Counted from the first letter of the stretch, positions 31,846-47,106 are shown. The stretch is 64,000 nucleotides of DNA from the human T2T-CHM13v2.0 reference genome, Homo sapiens (GCF_009914755.1 NC_060934.1), one strand, 5' to 3'. The notes: a model not told the origin generated them from the letters alone. Program-made: numbers and translations.

Positions 31846-32138
31846 GGCTGGGCACCGTGGCCCACGCCTGTAATCCCATCACTTTGGGAGGCTGAGGCGG
31901 GCAGGTCACGAGGTCAGGAGGTCGAGATCATCCTGGCAAACACAGTGAAACCACGTCTCTACTAAAAATACAAAAATTTAGCCTGACATGGTGGCAGGCC
32001 CCTGTAGTCCCAGCTACTTGGGAGGCTGAGACAGGAGAATGGTGTGAACCTGGGAGGCGGAGCTTGCAGTGAGCCGAGATCAGCCACTGCACTTCAGCCT
32101 GGGTGACAGAGTGAGGCTCCGTCTCAAAAAAAAAAAAA
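31846..32138 (+). mobile_element. AluY (aged)
   Basis: gtcacgaggtcagg, gagaatggtgtgaacc and ggagcttgcag diagnostics; A tail; degenerate TSD aaaaagg(g/t)tt. Confidence 0.92.
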
Positions 32139-32345
32139 GGTTTGACATGTACAGTTATGCAGGTTGTGCTCTGAGCAAAAGCACTTGGCTGAGGGGTGAG
32201 TGGGGGCTAAAACTAGACTCTATTCACAGGCAGTACACTTGGACACAGAGCTGTGTCAGCATTAGGGAAATCTTTTCAGCACTTCCTCCACCCAAAGAGG
32301 ATATCTTTGTCTAACTCACACAAAGGTGGCATATGTATTATTAGT
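32139..32345 (+). mobile_element. MER91A-like hAT-Tip100 element; the Alu sits at its left end
   Basis: acagttatgcaggttgtgctctg...gaggggtgagtgggggctaaaa...ctaactcacacaaaggtggcatatg. Confidence 0.65.
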
Positions 32346-32499
32346 ATCACCACCATTTCCTCCAACTCACCTATTTCAGAAACTCAGAATCTCCATTCTT
32401 TCTCCCCTCTTTTAGGCCCCCATAACATGACTACATTCACCACTTTCTTTTCATCCACACTGCCAAGGAGACCGGAGCAGCCCAACGCTTCATCCCTGC

Positions 32500-33195
32500 A
32501 CTGTTTAAATGGCCTCTTTGTTTAACTCTTCCTCTGCTCCTGTCTTTCCTTCACCCTCCAGTAGATTACCCTTCCTTAAAGCACAGTTTTGTCTTGTCAT
32601 TTACCTGCCCAGAAACTTCATGGTTCTGAGTGCTGTCTGTATTACTAGAAACAAACTTCTCAGACTACCATTCTTCAACCAGCCAGGGTCTAAAATATTT
32701 ATGATGCCTTGCTGTACCTTGTGAACACTCAGTACATATTTGTTGAATCATTAAATTTAAGATTGCCCACCATACCTTTCCAATGCTAACTTCCACCTAA
32801 GTCCAACTAGTCACCCTCATGTAACCTAGGTAACATTGTGAACTGCTGATATTTACAGAACTCCTTCCTAATTATCCTATCTTCATAACCTTGGTGTTGC
32901 TGGTTCATTCACATGGGGCATTGGCCACACCTAACCTTCCAAAGCCTATTCCTGGAACTCCTGTCTATAGAGTTTCCTTGTCTTGTGCCTATGCTTGTCC
33001 TTTCTTTTAGACTGAATGCCGCATGTATTATGGCTTACTTGTGTTCTTTTCTTCTTTTAACATCAACCTAGGCTTGCTCCTCTCACTAGATGTTAAGCTT
33101 CTTGAGGTTAGCACATCTTTCTTGTTTGTATTTGCCTCCTCATAAGCCCCAGATTCAATGAGGAATGTTTAGATAATAAATATTTGTTGAATTGA
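32500..33195 (+). mobile_element. L2 fragments
   Basis: Two L2-like termini (cactcagtacatatttgttgaat; actagatgttaagcttcttgagg...aataaatatttgttgaattga). Confidence 0.55.
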
Positions 33196-33432
33196 AAACC
33201 ATCACCCAGTTGTACATATGCCCAAAAGACGGATTGACTAGCCATTTGACTTTTCAGGTGAAAGGTACCGTTGCATAATATGGAAAAGAAAAGATACCAT
33301 CTCGAAGATTGTTGTTTTTAAATGTTTTTCCTGACAGCAACTAGACTATAAGAAGAGCCAACTTTGTTACTATTGGGTTTAATATATGAAACGTACAATT
33401 AAAGTAACTCACTCCACATTGTGTTTTGGTAG

Positions 33433-33536
33433 AGAGACACTGAATTCCAGGAGCATGAAAAGATTCTGTCTCCGGATTTTCTTTCAGTTGCCCAAATCAC
33501 TGATTTGTTAATGGAGGACATCGATGGAGTTCAAGA
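33433..33536 (+). CDS. CABCOCO1: CABCOCO1 coding exon 2 (RDTEFQEHEKILSPDFLSVAQITDLLMEDIDGVQE)
   Basis: Acceptor gttttggtag|AGA, donor AGA|gtaagc; 104 nt, open, ends in phase 2 matching exon 3. The 5' boundary is less certain because of competing AGs. Confidence 0.8.
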
Positions 33537-36500
33537 GTAAGCACTTCACTATTACAATCACATGTAGAAGAACAGTTCGAGTTCTGCATCTGTAAATGAT
33601 TGTGATTACATGTATAAGCTTTTTTCACAATATTTGTTATGATATTATGCACTGAAAAATATCTAGACTTCAAAACACAAAAATTCTCAAGTAACTGACT
33701 TTTGGCACTACTCAACAGTCTCCTTTATAAAGAAAATACATTGCAAACCAACTTACTAATATTTACCAAGAGCAGAGGTTTGTTGATAAAAGCAGGCTAT
33801 AGCATATGCTGTCTTCTTTTCTCTTTCATTCATAAAACTGTCAATATGCACATTAACTTAAAGAATGTTCTCCCTCGTTGTAAGAAGAGTAAGTTGTGTT
33901 TTCTGTAATTATAATGGGCAATGCATTTTATTATTTTGGAAATCTTGAGTATTTGCCATCCACCTGTGATTCTCATCAGAAATAATGCTATACTAAGTAC
34001 TCTGATTGTGTACATGTTACTTAAAAATGTGAATACAATGGAATTTATAGGCAGTAATTCCAATATATGTACATCTCACTCTTTAGGCCATTTATTTCTA
34101 TAGTAGATCATCTATTTAGAATTTTTGTCAGATACATCCAACAACATAATATCCTAAAAGGTGTTTTTAGTAATCACCCATTTAAAAAATCATCCCACTT
34201 AGAATGGAAGCCTAATTGGCCATCGTGTGTAGAGAGTGGGGATGATGTCATGCACTAGCATCTTGGTGTCAGTTCTCTGCAGGCCAGTCCTTGGGACACA
34301 AACAGGGTGTCGTGGACCATAACAGACAAATAGAAAATGACTCTGTCAGTGGTTATCACTGACAAATCTTACAAATGTTATAGCATAAAGATGACTCACT
34401 ACTGAGAAGGGAATATGACAGATGTCCTGGCTGGAAGAAAAATCCGAGAAGGGAAGGTTTATCAAGAACAGGTGAATAACACTGACAGGCCTTTTCCTGA
34501 GCTGCTCAGCTCTAGCGCTGGCAACCTCTGCTGGAAATTGATTATCTGTGATCAGCCATACCACTTACTATCTGCATCTCTACAAGTATGAGTGAATTTA
34601 AAATTTCAGAGATTTTTAAGCAAGTATCTCCTGATGATTTTACCATTTTTATAGAAATTAAGGTTCGTTAGGAATTCTGATTCTTAATGTAAGAATTGAT
34701 CTGCAATACCACTGATCATGTCTTTATGTAAAATGTTATTTTCCATTTCCAGGTAACCCCAAATGTTATTGATCATTGCAATGCAAAACAATAGGTATTT
34801 GATACTAGGCAAAATAGCACAATGCGAATAGCAGACATTTTATACAGTTCTTAATTTATTTATATTAAATGTCAAGTAAAAGATATTATATTAAATACAA
34901 TTAATATTAAATAAAAGGTGTTGCAAATAAGTGCTTTTCAGAATTATTTCTTCCCACGTTGTAAATTGTGCTGTGTATCATACTTTGTGTGATGATTTTT
35001 TAAAATTATTGGCTCTCTTTGTTGTTGAATATCTAAATTCTGAACATATTTTTAATCTTTAGGTGGTAAGGCCTAGGATACAGTAAGTGATACAGAAGGT
35101 GATGCAGAAGTTAGCAATATAAAAACAGCCAGGCTCAATAGCAGGTTGACCTTTTTAGACTGTCTCATTAATGTAGAAATCACCTGAAGTGACCTCAAAT
35201 TTTAAGACATCATCTTTGGATAAATAACATCAGTATTATGTTAGGAGCCATTTCTTTGTAAAACAATTTTCTTGAGATTCTTTACATGATTTTCGTAATG
35301 GTAATCCTGAAATATTTGCAATCGGTCACTCACTTTCAATTTAAAATAGCATTATTATAAATGGGGGTTATATGCTTTCAAAATGACAGAAATATAGTTT
35401 AAGTATCCTATCACCAAGTGACAGAAAATCATAGCGTCTACAAAGTTATAAGTCTATTTAAATAAGTTAGAAGAAATCAGCACATTTCCCTACCTCTTAA
35501 AATTAAAAATTTCTCTCCATGAAAGCAGCCAACCAAATGAAACATTAAAGTATCATTAAAACATATTTCTGAAATTCACTTTAAGCAGTTAAATGTCTGG
35601 GTACATTTCTCATGATCACTTAGCTGCTATCAATCATAAATATTTTAATGTAACCTTGACTTTATTTATAGATCCATCTCAATTTTTTTTAAAAAAGAAT
35701 AAGGACTAAAATGAAAGTAACTATATAAACACAAAAATAACACTGAGACATTTTTAATAACCTTTCGGTAACTGGGCCTCCATGAGCTATTTAGCTCTTG
35801 CCTTGAGGTTTATTTCTGCATGTCATATTTAAGAATTAAAATGCACCCCATTGTCAAGAACATGCAAGAGTAATGTAATATTTTTACCCAAATTCTTGGT
35901 GAGACAAAATAGATAGGTATATCACCTATCATCACTATACCAAACTTCCTAAAACACAGTGAATCATCTTTCTCTTTCCCTACGTTCTTTCATGCTACCG
36001 CCATAGCCATCTCTCCCCTCTCCCCTGTTCCAGCTCCCGTTATTCCCAGAGAAAAAGTTTACGTATTTGCCAGTAAAATACTGGAAACTTTGCATTCAAA
36101 CCATAGCAATATCTTCCTTCAGATGCCTCCCTACATAATCTCCTTTGGAGTACAATGACCGAGCAAAGAATGGAAATGATAAATCCTTAGCCCTGTGGTT
36201 CAAGTTAAAAGGGAAGAGACAAATGGTATTAGGGAAAGTGGTGGAGGAAGTGTGGGGGACAGCAAAGATGAAAAAGGTCAAAGAGATTTCACCAAAATAT
36301 TTTTTGGCAAGTAGTTACTGTCATTCAAACACAACTAAACATTGAAAAGTAAAAATAAAAAGCAAAGAACATATGCAAATATTCAGGGCAAATATTTAAT
36401 TAAAAATACGTAGTGTGCAGATGGCAGATGATGAGTACAATTAGAAGGAAAACTAACTGCTAGAAACAGAAGAAAATGTTAGATTAAAGCTAATAATTAA

Positions 36501-37580
36501 AGAGGGCATCAATTTCACAAAACAAGAGACCAAAAAAAAAACATGGTAAAATATATAAAGAAGAAGCTTTTAGAACTAAGGCAAGAAACTAAGGCTAAGA
36601 GTAAAACCAGTGTAGAACTTACATTGCTGAAAATCAAGTCAGTAATGTGGAAGACAAATTTAAGAAAACTTACATAAAGTGTAGATTAAAGCAATTATTC
36701 AAAAAAGTTAGAATATACATTCAACATAGTGAATCAGAAAAAATAGTCTACACTTCATAAAACTTTGATTTTAATATTTTAATAGAATAAAACCTGCTAA
36801 ATTTTTGTGGGATAAATTTAAAGCAAGTCACCTAAACAGGAAAATAACAGGCCTCAGACTTTTCCTTAGCAAGGTTAGTCTGCAAAAATCAGTGGTGCAA
36901 CAAGTAACCAAAATGTAGGAAGTCAAAAGTATATGATTGCAAAATAAAATACTAATTTTGTCTGATGTTCAGTTATAGTGGCAACAAGACATTGCAATAT
37001 AGAGAACAACTCAGAAAATACAGTATTCATGTGGTCTTATTGAAAAATTTATTTCATAACCCAGCTGAAAAATAAATCAGTTCATTGGTGAATTTTAAAC
37101 AACAAAAAACTGCCAATGAGAAATTGTGATATAAGAAGCCTGGCAGTAAGTATGGATCATTTAAAATTAAAATTAAATCCAATATGGTAATAATAGACTG
37201 AAACAATTATTCTAGAACATCAACAAAAATAGGCAAGCACATGAGAAAAAAAGTAATTGAATTTCCTTTTCTCACCAAAATAAAATTGAATTGAAGCAGA
37301 TGACCCCTATTTATAGTAATGCTATTTAAAATTGAAAGTGAGTGATTGCAAATACTTTAGGATTAGTGTTACAAAAATCATATAATCACAAGAAAATTGC
37401 TTTAAGAAATGGCTCATAACAAAATGCTTTTAAAAACTTGTATCATAAATGTAAAGGGTTAATATCCCTAAGTATGTGAAAAACTTTTATAAACTTAAAA
37501 GAAAAAGTAACCTATAGAGGACATTAAAAAGAAATCCAATCTAATGAATAAGCAAAGAAATATATAAGATAGTAATTTTC

Positions 37581-37896
<316 letters not shown>

Positions 37897-38343
37897 TTTT
37901 TCTGTTAGATTAGTAGATGTTAAGATTATGGACAAAATCCAACGTAGATTGGAGTATAGAGAAGTGGACCTTTCTGTGTGGTCTTGATGAAAGACTTACT
38001 TGGCACTGCCTTTCTGGAGGGAAGTTTAGCAGCATATCTCACCATGGCCAATATAACCCAGCAGTCCCAATTTTAGGAATTTATTGCAAAAGATAATTGG
38101 AGTTTTGGAAAGATCTTAATTGATCATTTCTCTTTACTTTAGATTCTTAACCAATGGAGGACATCAAAGCCCATGTGGGAATACATATTTCTGATCTATT
38201 ATTAACTGTATTTAGACCTCTCTCCTATTGATAAGACTTAAGAATGTATGAAGGCTTCCTATTTCTCCTTCTTTACCGAATACTAATCCTTTTTCAGTTA
38301 TGTTCATTACCATTTTTTTTCCCAGTCTGCAGCTTGTCTTTTC

Positions 38344-38641
38344 TTTTTCTTTTTTTTTATTATACTTTAAGTTTTAGGGTACATGTGCACAACGTGCAGG
38401 ATTGTTACATATGTATACATGTGCCATGTTGGTGTGCTGCACCCATTAACTCATCATTTAACGTTAGGTCTACCTCCTAATGCTATCCCTCCCCACTCCC
38501 CCAACCCCACAACAGGCCCCAGTGTGTGATGTTCTCCTTCCCGTGTCCATGTGTTCTCTTTGTTCAATTCCCACCTGTGAGTGAGAACATGCGGTGTTTG
38601 GTTTTTTGGGTGTTTTTTTTTTTTTTTTTTTTTTTTGTCCT
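38344..38641 (-). mobile_element. L1PA (PA3-5-like) 3' end, ~300 bp, 5'-truncated
   Basis: ttattatactttaagttttagggtacatgtgcacaacgtgcag...; perfect 16-bp TSD tgcagcttgtcttttc at 38328-38343 and 38642-38657. Confidence 0.93.
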
Positions 38642-40082
38642 TGCAGCTTGTCTTTTCAATGTAGTTAGATTGTCTCTGGTTCTCCAGAAGTGTTTCGTCT
38701 GTTTAACAAGGACCAATTTATTAGTCTTTTTCTTTATGGTTTGTATCTTTTTGGTGTCACTTTTAAGAAACTTTGGGCTATCCAAATGTCAGAAGTATAT
38801 TTTTTTAATTAAAGTTTGTAATGTTTGCTATTGCCATTTAAATCTTTAACCCTGGATTTTATTTTAATGTATTATGTGGGATGGTATTTTATTTTATTTT
38901 CCATTTGGATAACCAATTCTCCCAGCACCATTTTTGAAGAATTTATACTTCCTCTACTGATTTGGAATAATACCTCTGCCATATACCAGGCTCCCTCATA
39001 TATTGGGTCTGTTTCTGGACTTTCTGCGTATTCCACTGGCCTACTTATTTATCCCATAACAATACCACAAGTTTTCATTATTGTGGCAGTTTTCTTACTG
39101 ACTTTCACTTAAGAGTGAATGATACTGTAGATTAAACATTGAGAAATATATCTTGCCAAATGATGTCCAGTGCAAATTAAAGATCCCTGGCTAATAGAGT
39201 AAAATCCTACCACCACCATCATCAGGATGTCTATATCTGCCAGTTGAGGTGAATGCCTGAAAAAATGTGTCAAAATGTATAGTGACATGCAACATAAAAA
39301 ACTGACCATATTGACCTAAAAATTAAAAATACACAATGTTCACATATATATATATATGACATAACAGGAAATTCAGAGATAGATTAACTTCAAAGTTAAT
39401 GGAGTCAAGGTCTAAATAGTATCATCAAAAAATAAGGCTTAATCTTAGAACCCATTTTTCTTAGGGTTACAAGATAACTGGCGGTAGCAACTAAAGCCAC
39501 TTATTCACTCTTTCTTATTTTTATTCAACAGAAAAAAAGAAACTGCATCCTCTGTTATGAATTATTTACAATAATTTAGGAGCAGGCCCATCATAGAACA
39601 ATAATTATTATTGAGACATGCCATATACCAAATGGCATTATGGCAAGGGGGTGAAATTAGTATGATTAGCTTAGAATAATCAGAACTCACTTTTGGGTTT
39701 CAGGTCTACCCTGACACCACTGTAGATGAAATGCATGTTGAAGAAATAGACCTATCTCGACCTCAGCTTTATTTGTTCCCAAACTTGTTCAATCTTGCTG
39801 TATTTATTAATCTGATTATATCACTTATTTTGATGTTAAGAATAATAAGGACTTCCATTTTTGAAGACAGCAGTAAAAAGTTGTCACACACATATTACCC
39901 CTCTCAAAATCACATAAAACCAACAAGGAAATACCACCTTCATCTTTGTCAAAACCAAGAGAATGCTAATGGTCCAAACCACAAAATATAAAGATGATGG
40001 CCACTGTCATTATAGATCAACCAGAAGGGCAGGAGAAAATATAAGGAAGGATGCTCATAGTCACAGAGCTTAGAATGAGCTT

Positions 40083-40158
40083 ATATCTATATCTATATCT
40101 ATATCTATATCTATATCTATATCTATATCTATCTATATCTATATCTATCTATCTATCT
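40083..40158. repeat. (ATATCT)n/(ATCT)n compound microsatellite
   Basis: Directly visible. Confidence 0.95.
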
Positions 40159-40835
40159 GCTTAATCTCCCAGGAGGGGAAACCTTAAAGTACCATTCTAG
40201 GAACCCTTGTCTGCAATAGCAGGACCAGGGTGTGCAGGCTTGGAGCAGATCCTTTCTGTAGCACAGGAAATTGACTGTTTATATGATAATAAAGAGAGTC
40301 TATTCATTCTTTTCTTTCTCTTTCCTTACCAATTAAAAAAAATAAATAAATGCTAGAATAATTGACACAAAGTTACTTCATACAGAAAATGCCTGCTAGT
40401 TTGTAACTTGGCCAGGTCTCCACCTCCAGTGTATTTCCCGAAAGTAGGTATTCAAGGACAAAAACTCCCTTCATCCAAAGATAAGGTGGTAAACAAAGAA
40501 TATGCATTCCAGGACACTGCAAGAAAAAATAGGAGAGGAACAGGAAAGAGAAAGAGCAAATCAAACACATCAGAAAGATATAACCATGAGAAGACAAAAA
40601 ATATAATCAACTATTTTATCATGAATTTTAAAACATATGAAGCAACTACAGAAAGCATACAACAGAGATATAAAAGCTCAAGGAAGAGATAAAGAAATAA
40701 AAGATTATAAAACAGTATCCAAAATGAAAAGAAAATAGACTTGAAAAAATTTTAAGGTTGAAGAGAAAATTATAACTCTAGAAAAAATGACTAAAATGTA
40801 CATAATTGGAATGCTTTTTAAAATATAGCAGAATG

Positions 40836-41126
40836 AACTGGGTGCGGTGTTCACGCCTGTAATCCCAGCACTTTGAGAGGCCAAGGCGGGCAGATCACTT
40901 GAGATCAGGAGTTCGAGACCAGCCTTGCCAACATGGTGAAACCCCGTCTCTACTAAAAATACAAAAAATTAGTCTGGCATGGTGGCGGGTACCTGTAATT
41001 CCAGTTACTCTGGAGGCTGAGGAAGAAGAATCGCTTGAACTGGAGAGGCAGCGGTTGCAGTGAGCCAAGATCACACAACTGCACTCAGCCTGGCCGATGA
41101 AGCAAGGCCCTGTCTCAAAAAAAAAA
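40836..41126 (+). mobile_element. AluS (Sz/Sx-like)
   Basis: Full dimer; the A tail runs directly into an AT minisatellite. Confidence 0.92.
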
Positions 41127-41657
41127 TATATATATATATTTATATACATATAACATATATAATATATATATTTATATACATATAACATATAATATATATA
41201 TTTTTATATATAACATATATAATATATATTTATATATTAACATATATAATATATTTTATATATAACATATATAATATATATTTATATATATAACATATTA
41301 TATGTTATATTATGTTATATATAACATATAATATGTTATGTTATATATAACATATTATATGTTATATTATGTTATATATAACATATTATATGTTATATTA
41401 TGTTATATATAACATATTATATGTTATATTATGTTATATATAACATATTATATGTTATATTATGTTATATATAACATATTATATGTTATATTATGTTATA
41501 TATAACATATAATATATATTTGTATATATTATGTTATATATAACATATGTTATACATGTATAACATATGTTATACATAACATATACATGTTATACATATA
41601 TAATATATATTATGTTATACATGTATAACATATATATTATATATATAATATATATAT
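41127..41657. repeat. AT-rich minisatellite with 31-bp unit ATAACATATTATATGTTATATTATGTTATAT
   Basis: Five perfect tandem copies at 41347-41501, one more at 41290-41320, and degenerate flanking units. Confidence 0.95.
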
Positions 41658-42054
41658 CTCAGAATATTTAACAATTTAGTTCCAGAATATTTTCAGAAAT
41701 AAAAGAAACTTAATTTTATAAATGAAAAAAGACGTTGAATTTCACAGAAAAATATACTAGTAAAATTGCTATACATAAACAGGGAAGAAAGAAGGGGAAG
41801 GGGAGAGAAGGAGGAGAAACAGAAAATAAAGAGGAAGAGGAGGAAGGAGACCAGAAATAGAGTTTGCTCCCCCATCCTCGTTCTCTCTCTCTCTGTTTCT
41901 TTTTTGAATGTCATTTTGGTCTTATGAAGCTTGATGTAACTGAATATTTTCAGATTATGGGCATTAAAGAAAAAGACCTGTTTTCAAAACTTAGGAAAGA
42001 AATGGTTCAATATCTAATCTGAATTAATATGTGGATTTTTGTTTTATTTTACAG

Positions 42055-42224
42055 AAAACTGAGAATATTTTTGAATTTCAAAAACCTTGAAACTTGTTTA
42101 AAGGATGCCATTCTACTAGATTATTATGTATCTGGATTTTTGTGGGCTAGAGGAATGGATTTCTCTATTATTCAGTATTCAAAATTTATGACTTTACTAG
42201 CTATGTCACTTCAAAATCTTAAAA
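42055..42224 (+). CDS. CABCOCO1: CABCOCO1 coding exon 3 (KLRIFLNF...MDFSIIQYSKFMTLLAMSLQNLK); internal ATG at 42155
   Basis: ttttattttacag|AAAACTG ... AAAA|gtaagt; 170 nt; lies within ORF 42029..42247. Confidence 0.93.
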
Positions 42225-43796
42225 GTAAGTACACTATTTTCCTTTGAAGTAAAACAAATTTAATTTACCATATAAATTGAGGTTCTTAAGCAAAAGTTAC
42301 AGATTTTATTGTAATTCCTTTAATGAAAAATACGGGTTTTTCCTGAGTATAACAAATACATAGTTCCTATCTCCATTGAGTTATAAAACCTCAAGTAATA
42401 CTTAACAAAGGCTACAGTTTTCATAATAGCCAATTTGCCAAATATATGTTAATTTCATTTTAAAGTTGTATCAGTGGCATCCACCCTCTAAATATCTGAG
42501 GACTCTGTGGTATTCTTGTGAAATTTTTGTAAATTTAAAACTACACTAAAATTAAAAGTTTATCAGTAACTATTAGCTATCTCTAAAATAGAATATTAGG
42601 CAGCTATAACAAGGAGAAAATGAAGAAACTTTCTGTGTACTGTATGGGAAACAATATATAGTTATCAAGTAAAGCAAGGTGCAGAACTACATGCTTTTAT
42701 TTATAAAAGAAGCAAAAATAAGAATCTATCCATATTTTCATTTGTGTATACACAAAGAAATGCTGGAAGATACAGAAAAAAAATAATAATCAAAATTCCC
42801 TGGGGTGAATGGTAGTAAGAACTGGGCATGTGGGCAACAGATATTGGAGGAAGTCTTTTCACAAGATTTCTTCGTACGTATTTTTGAAATATGAATACAT
42901 CACTTATGCAAAAATTAAATTTTAAAAGAGAATATGTAACATGGACAGTCCTAAGCTTTGGCGACTTCTGAGCTGAGTATTCACACACTAGAAATAGAAT
43001 AAAGGAAAGTAAAAATTTTCATGGACCTCACATCCCAAATTTGAGAAGATATTTCTTTTTTAAACTTTTCCTGTAACTTATAACTGACTCAGTAACATTT
43101 CTTCTATGTGAAACTTTATATTGTTGATATTATTGCAAAAATGAATTTCTAAAACCTGAGCAGGATCCATCCAACTCCTCATAAACTATGAGAGAGAAAG
43201 TACATATGTAGAACCTAACCAGAAAAAAAGCAAGGAATCTAGTTTTTCCTCCTGGCAGAAAAAATTTTTTTTTAAAATCCCTCCACACTTTTAAACTGAA
43301 CAAACTTATAGTCATCATTAGGAAAGAATGTAATTTTAACCAAATGTGCCAAGGAAAAAGGTGAAGTATGTTTACACTTCAACTAGGTAGCAGTAGACTC
43401 CTGAGCACGTAGCCAGGTCCATAGGCCTAGATGGATCCCCCTGGTGTATGATGTGAATGTTAGCAAGTAACTGTAGAATATTTTTTATTTCTTATGATGC
43501 TAAATTGGTTTTCCCCTCAATAGGAATAGCAAATTCAGGTAACATTTATGTAGATTAACTTATGCCAGTCATAGTGCTATTTGCATTAAAAATATTGTCA
43601 TGTTTAATTCACATGCCAGCTTATGAGAGAAATTGATAAGAGTCAGAGGAGTTCAGTGACTCCTTAAGGACACACAGGGTCTACACTAGCAAGTGAGGGC
43701 CCATCTTCTTGAATACGACATCAAATGTGCTGGCTTTGGGCTAAATCTAGAAAGCACTATACACATGTAATAGTACCAGGAGTTAGTTTCACATGA

Positions 43797-44112
<316 letters not shown>

Positions 44113-44198
44113 TGAATTCCTTATTTAATCCTCCCAACAGCACTATAATTTTGAAAATAGGTATTGCAGTATTCTCATTTTACATAGAAAGAAAGTGA

Positions 44199-44519
<321 letters not shown>

Positions 44520-46328
44520 CTACTAATAATAAAGGTCAGTTATGAGGTATCATCCTACATTTTCCAATTAATTATAAGTCTAGTATGTTCTTTCATTACT
44601 CTAAGTTTTCAAGAATACATTTTATTTCTAGAAGCTTTTACTATTTGAGTGGCTTAATCTTTTATATTTTAATCACATCACTAAATGTGATTTTTAAAAA
44701 AGCAAATATTTCAGTTAGATAAATGAAATTATTACTTCCCTAATTTTTAAAGCAATTATCTACAGAAAGACATTAGACATAGAAAAACAGTTTTAAAGAT
44801 TCAACTATTTTCAGAAGGAAATAGTCATATAAATGTATTTTTGTTTGATAAGTATAATTTCATCTGGAATTATAATCAATTATCTAAGAATTTCTCTTTT
44901 CTCTGCATCTCTAATTAATATCATTTTATTAATAAAATAATTCAGATTTTCCATTCATTTATGAATTGCTTTTATCCAACAGATTTTTCATTTCTGAAGC
45001 TACTTCCACTATTATCAAAAGAAGTTTATCATGGAGAGAGAAATGTACAATAATAATTGAATTCCACTTAGAATGATATAGGAAAACCTAGTTATCCAGA
45101 AATAATTCAGTGTATCTGACATACATAAAAGATGATCTGGAGGGAGGCAATGGGAAACGAACCAATTGTAATTCATTAAACCAGATTTTAATTGTTTTAT
45201 GTAGTTTTATGCTTCTTTCTAATTCCTATAAGTAGATAAGAAGCTATACTAAACAAATTACAAGTTAGTGTTTATAGTGTCTTCCTAACATTTTAAATTA
45301 CTTTACTTTCACCTTATTAGTAATTTTGGTATTTAGGGTAGAGCACTTACACCCCAGTGGGAAAGAGTAGCTGTGTAATCCAGAAATACCTGGTCCAGCA
45401 ATCAGCCTGTGTTCTCATAACTGTTTTAAATCTCCACCCATTCCCTTCCAAATCAACATTACAACAAGTGTAATGTTGACTGATGGTTTCAGAGAGAGAC
45501 AGAGATTTGGATGGTGGGGTCCACATTGAGCAGCACAATTCCCCCAGATCCCACATTCAGGCCCCCCACTGACATTCATCTCCCCCAGGCGGCCTGTCCA
45601 GCCTGGCTTTAGTATCTTTCTACTCTCCACCTCCAGTATCCTCTGTCTTATGTCCACACACCCATCGCTTTTCCGCAAACATAGGACACCCTGGCCAGTC
45701 CACTTACCTGACTCCATCTTCCAGGGGAAGGGTGGATAGTGTGTGTGTGGGTTGTAAATAATGTTTTATCTGTCACAAGTAACACTGAGCATAACAGAAC
45801 CAAACGAGAAAAGAAAATGGAATTATATTTTTATTACAGACATTTTAAAAGTTAAGTCTAAGGTGTTCTTTTTCAACTGACAAATGCCACAGAAGACGGT
45901 TTCGGGTGTTTGTTTTCATTGGTGTGTAGCTGTGAAAGAATAGATGAGAAATCACTGAGCTCTTTACTTCTTAGTGGTGGCCAGGTTGTGTCACTCTTTG
46001 TGCATTTTCATCGGGCTCTCACCAGCACCACTGGGCAGATATTTGAGAAACAGCTTACATGAGTTATAAGTCTGTGGCTGTGGAAAAGAAAAAAAAACTT
46101 GATGTTTTACATAAAAATCCATATTTCTGACTTCCATTGAAAATCTTCAGACCCAGATTTACACATGGAAACAATTGGCTAAAGCCCAGTGTTGATTGAC
46201 TCCATTCATTTACATTTTCAGCTCTAAGTTCAGCTCTGCTGTCTAGTAACTGAACCTCCCATCTAAGTCTTCCATTCCTCACCAGCTGTCAAACATCTTT
46301 TTTTGCAGTTTTCATGCTTTTATTCTGA

Positions 46329-46783
<455 letters not shown>

Positions 46784-46961
46784 AGCTTCTATTCTTTTGC
46801 ATAAAACGTATTAATTTATTATGAAGAAACAAGAGTTTTACCATTTATCCTCACAAATACTTAACAAAGTAAATTTTGGCACATTGAAAACATCTTGGAT
46901 TATCTTATTCTGAAAACATCTATCAAAATAATAATTAAGATTTCTCTGGATTTTATTTCAG

Positions 46962-47106
46962 CACTACATATGTCCTTAGAGGAAAGCATAAAATGGCTTG
47001 GAGAAGTTATGGCTGAAATAGGACCAACACATTCGCAAAAGAGTGAGGACTGGAATATCTTTGATGTAAAACAAGCCAATGCTATCATTGATTACTTAAA
47101 AATCAG
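46962..47106 (+). CDS. CABCOCO1: CABCOCO1 coding exon 4 ([21 protein letters not shown]...AIIDYLKI)
   Basis: ttttatttcag|CACTA ... ATCAG|gtatgg; 145 nt; lies within ORF 46895..47179. Confidence 0.94.

Noticed and set aside
41290-41501. Regularly spaced ~31-bp palindromic repeats suggestive of a CRISPR array
   Set aside because: The copies are head to tail with no unique spacers, there are no cas genes, and the context is eukaryotic.
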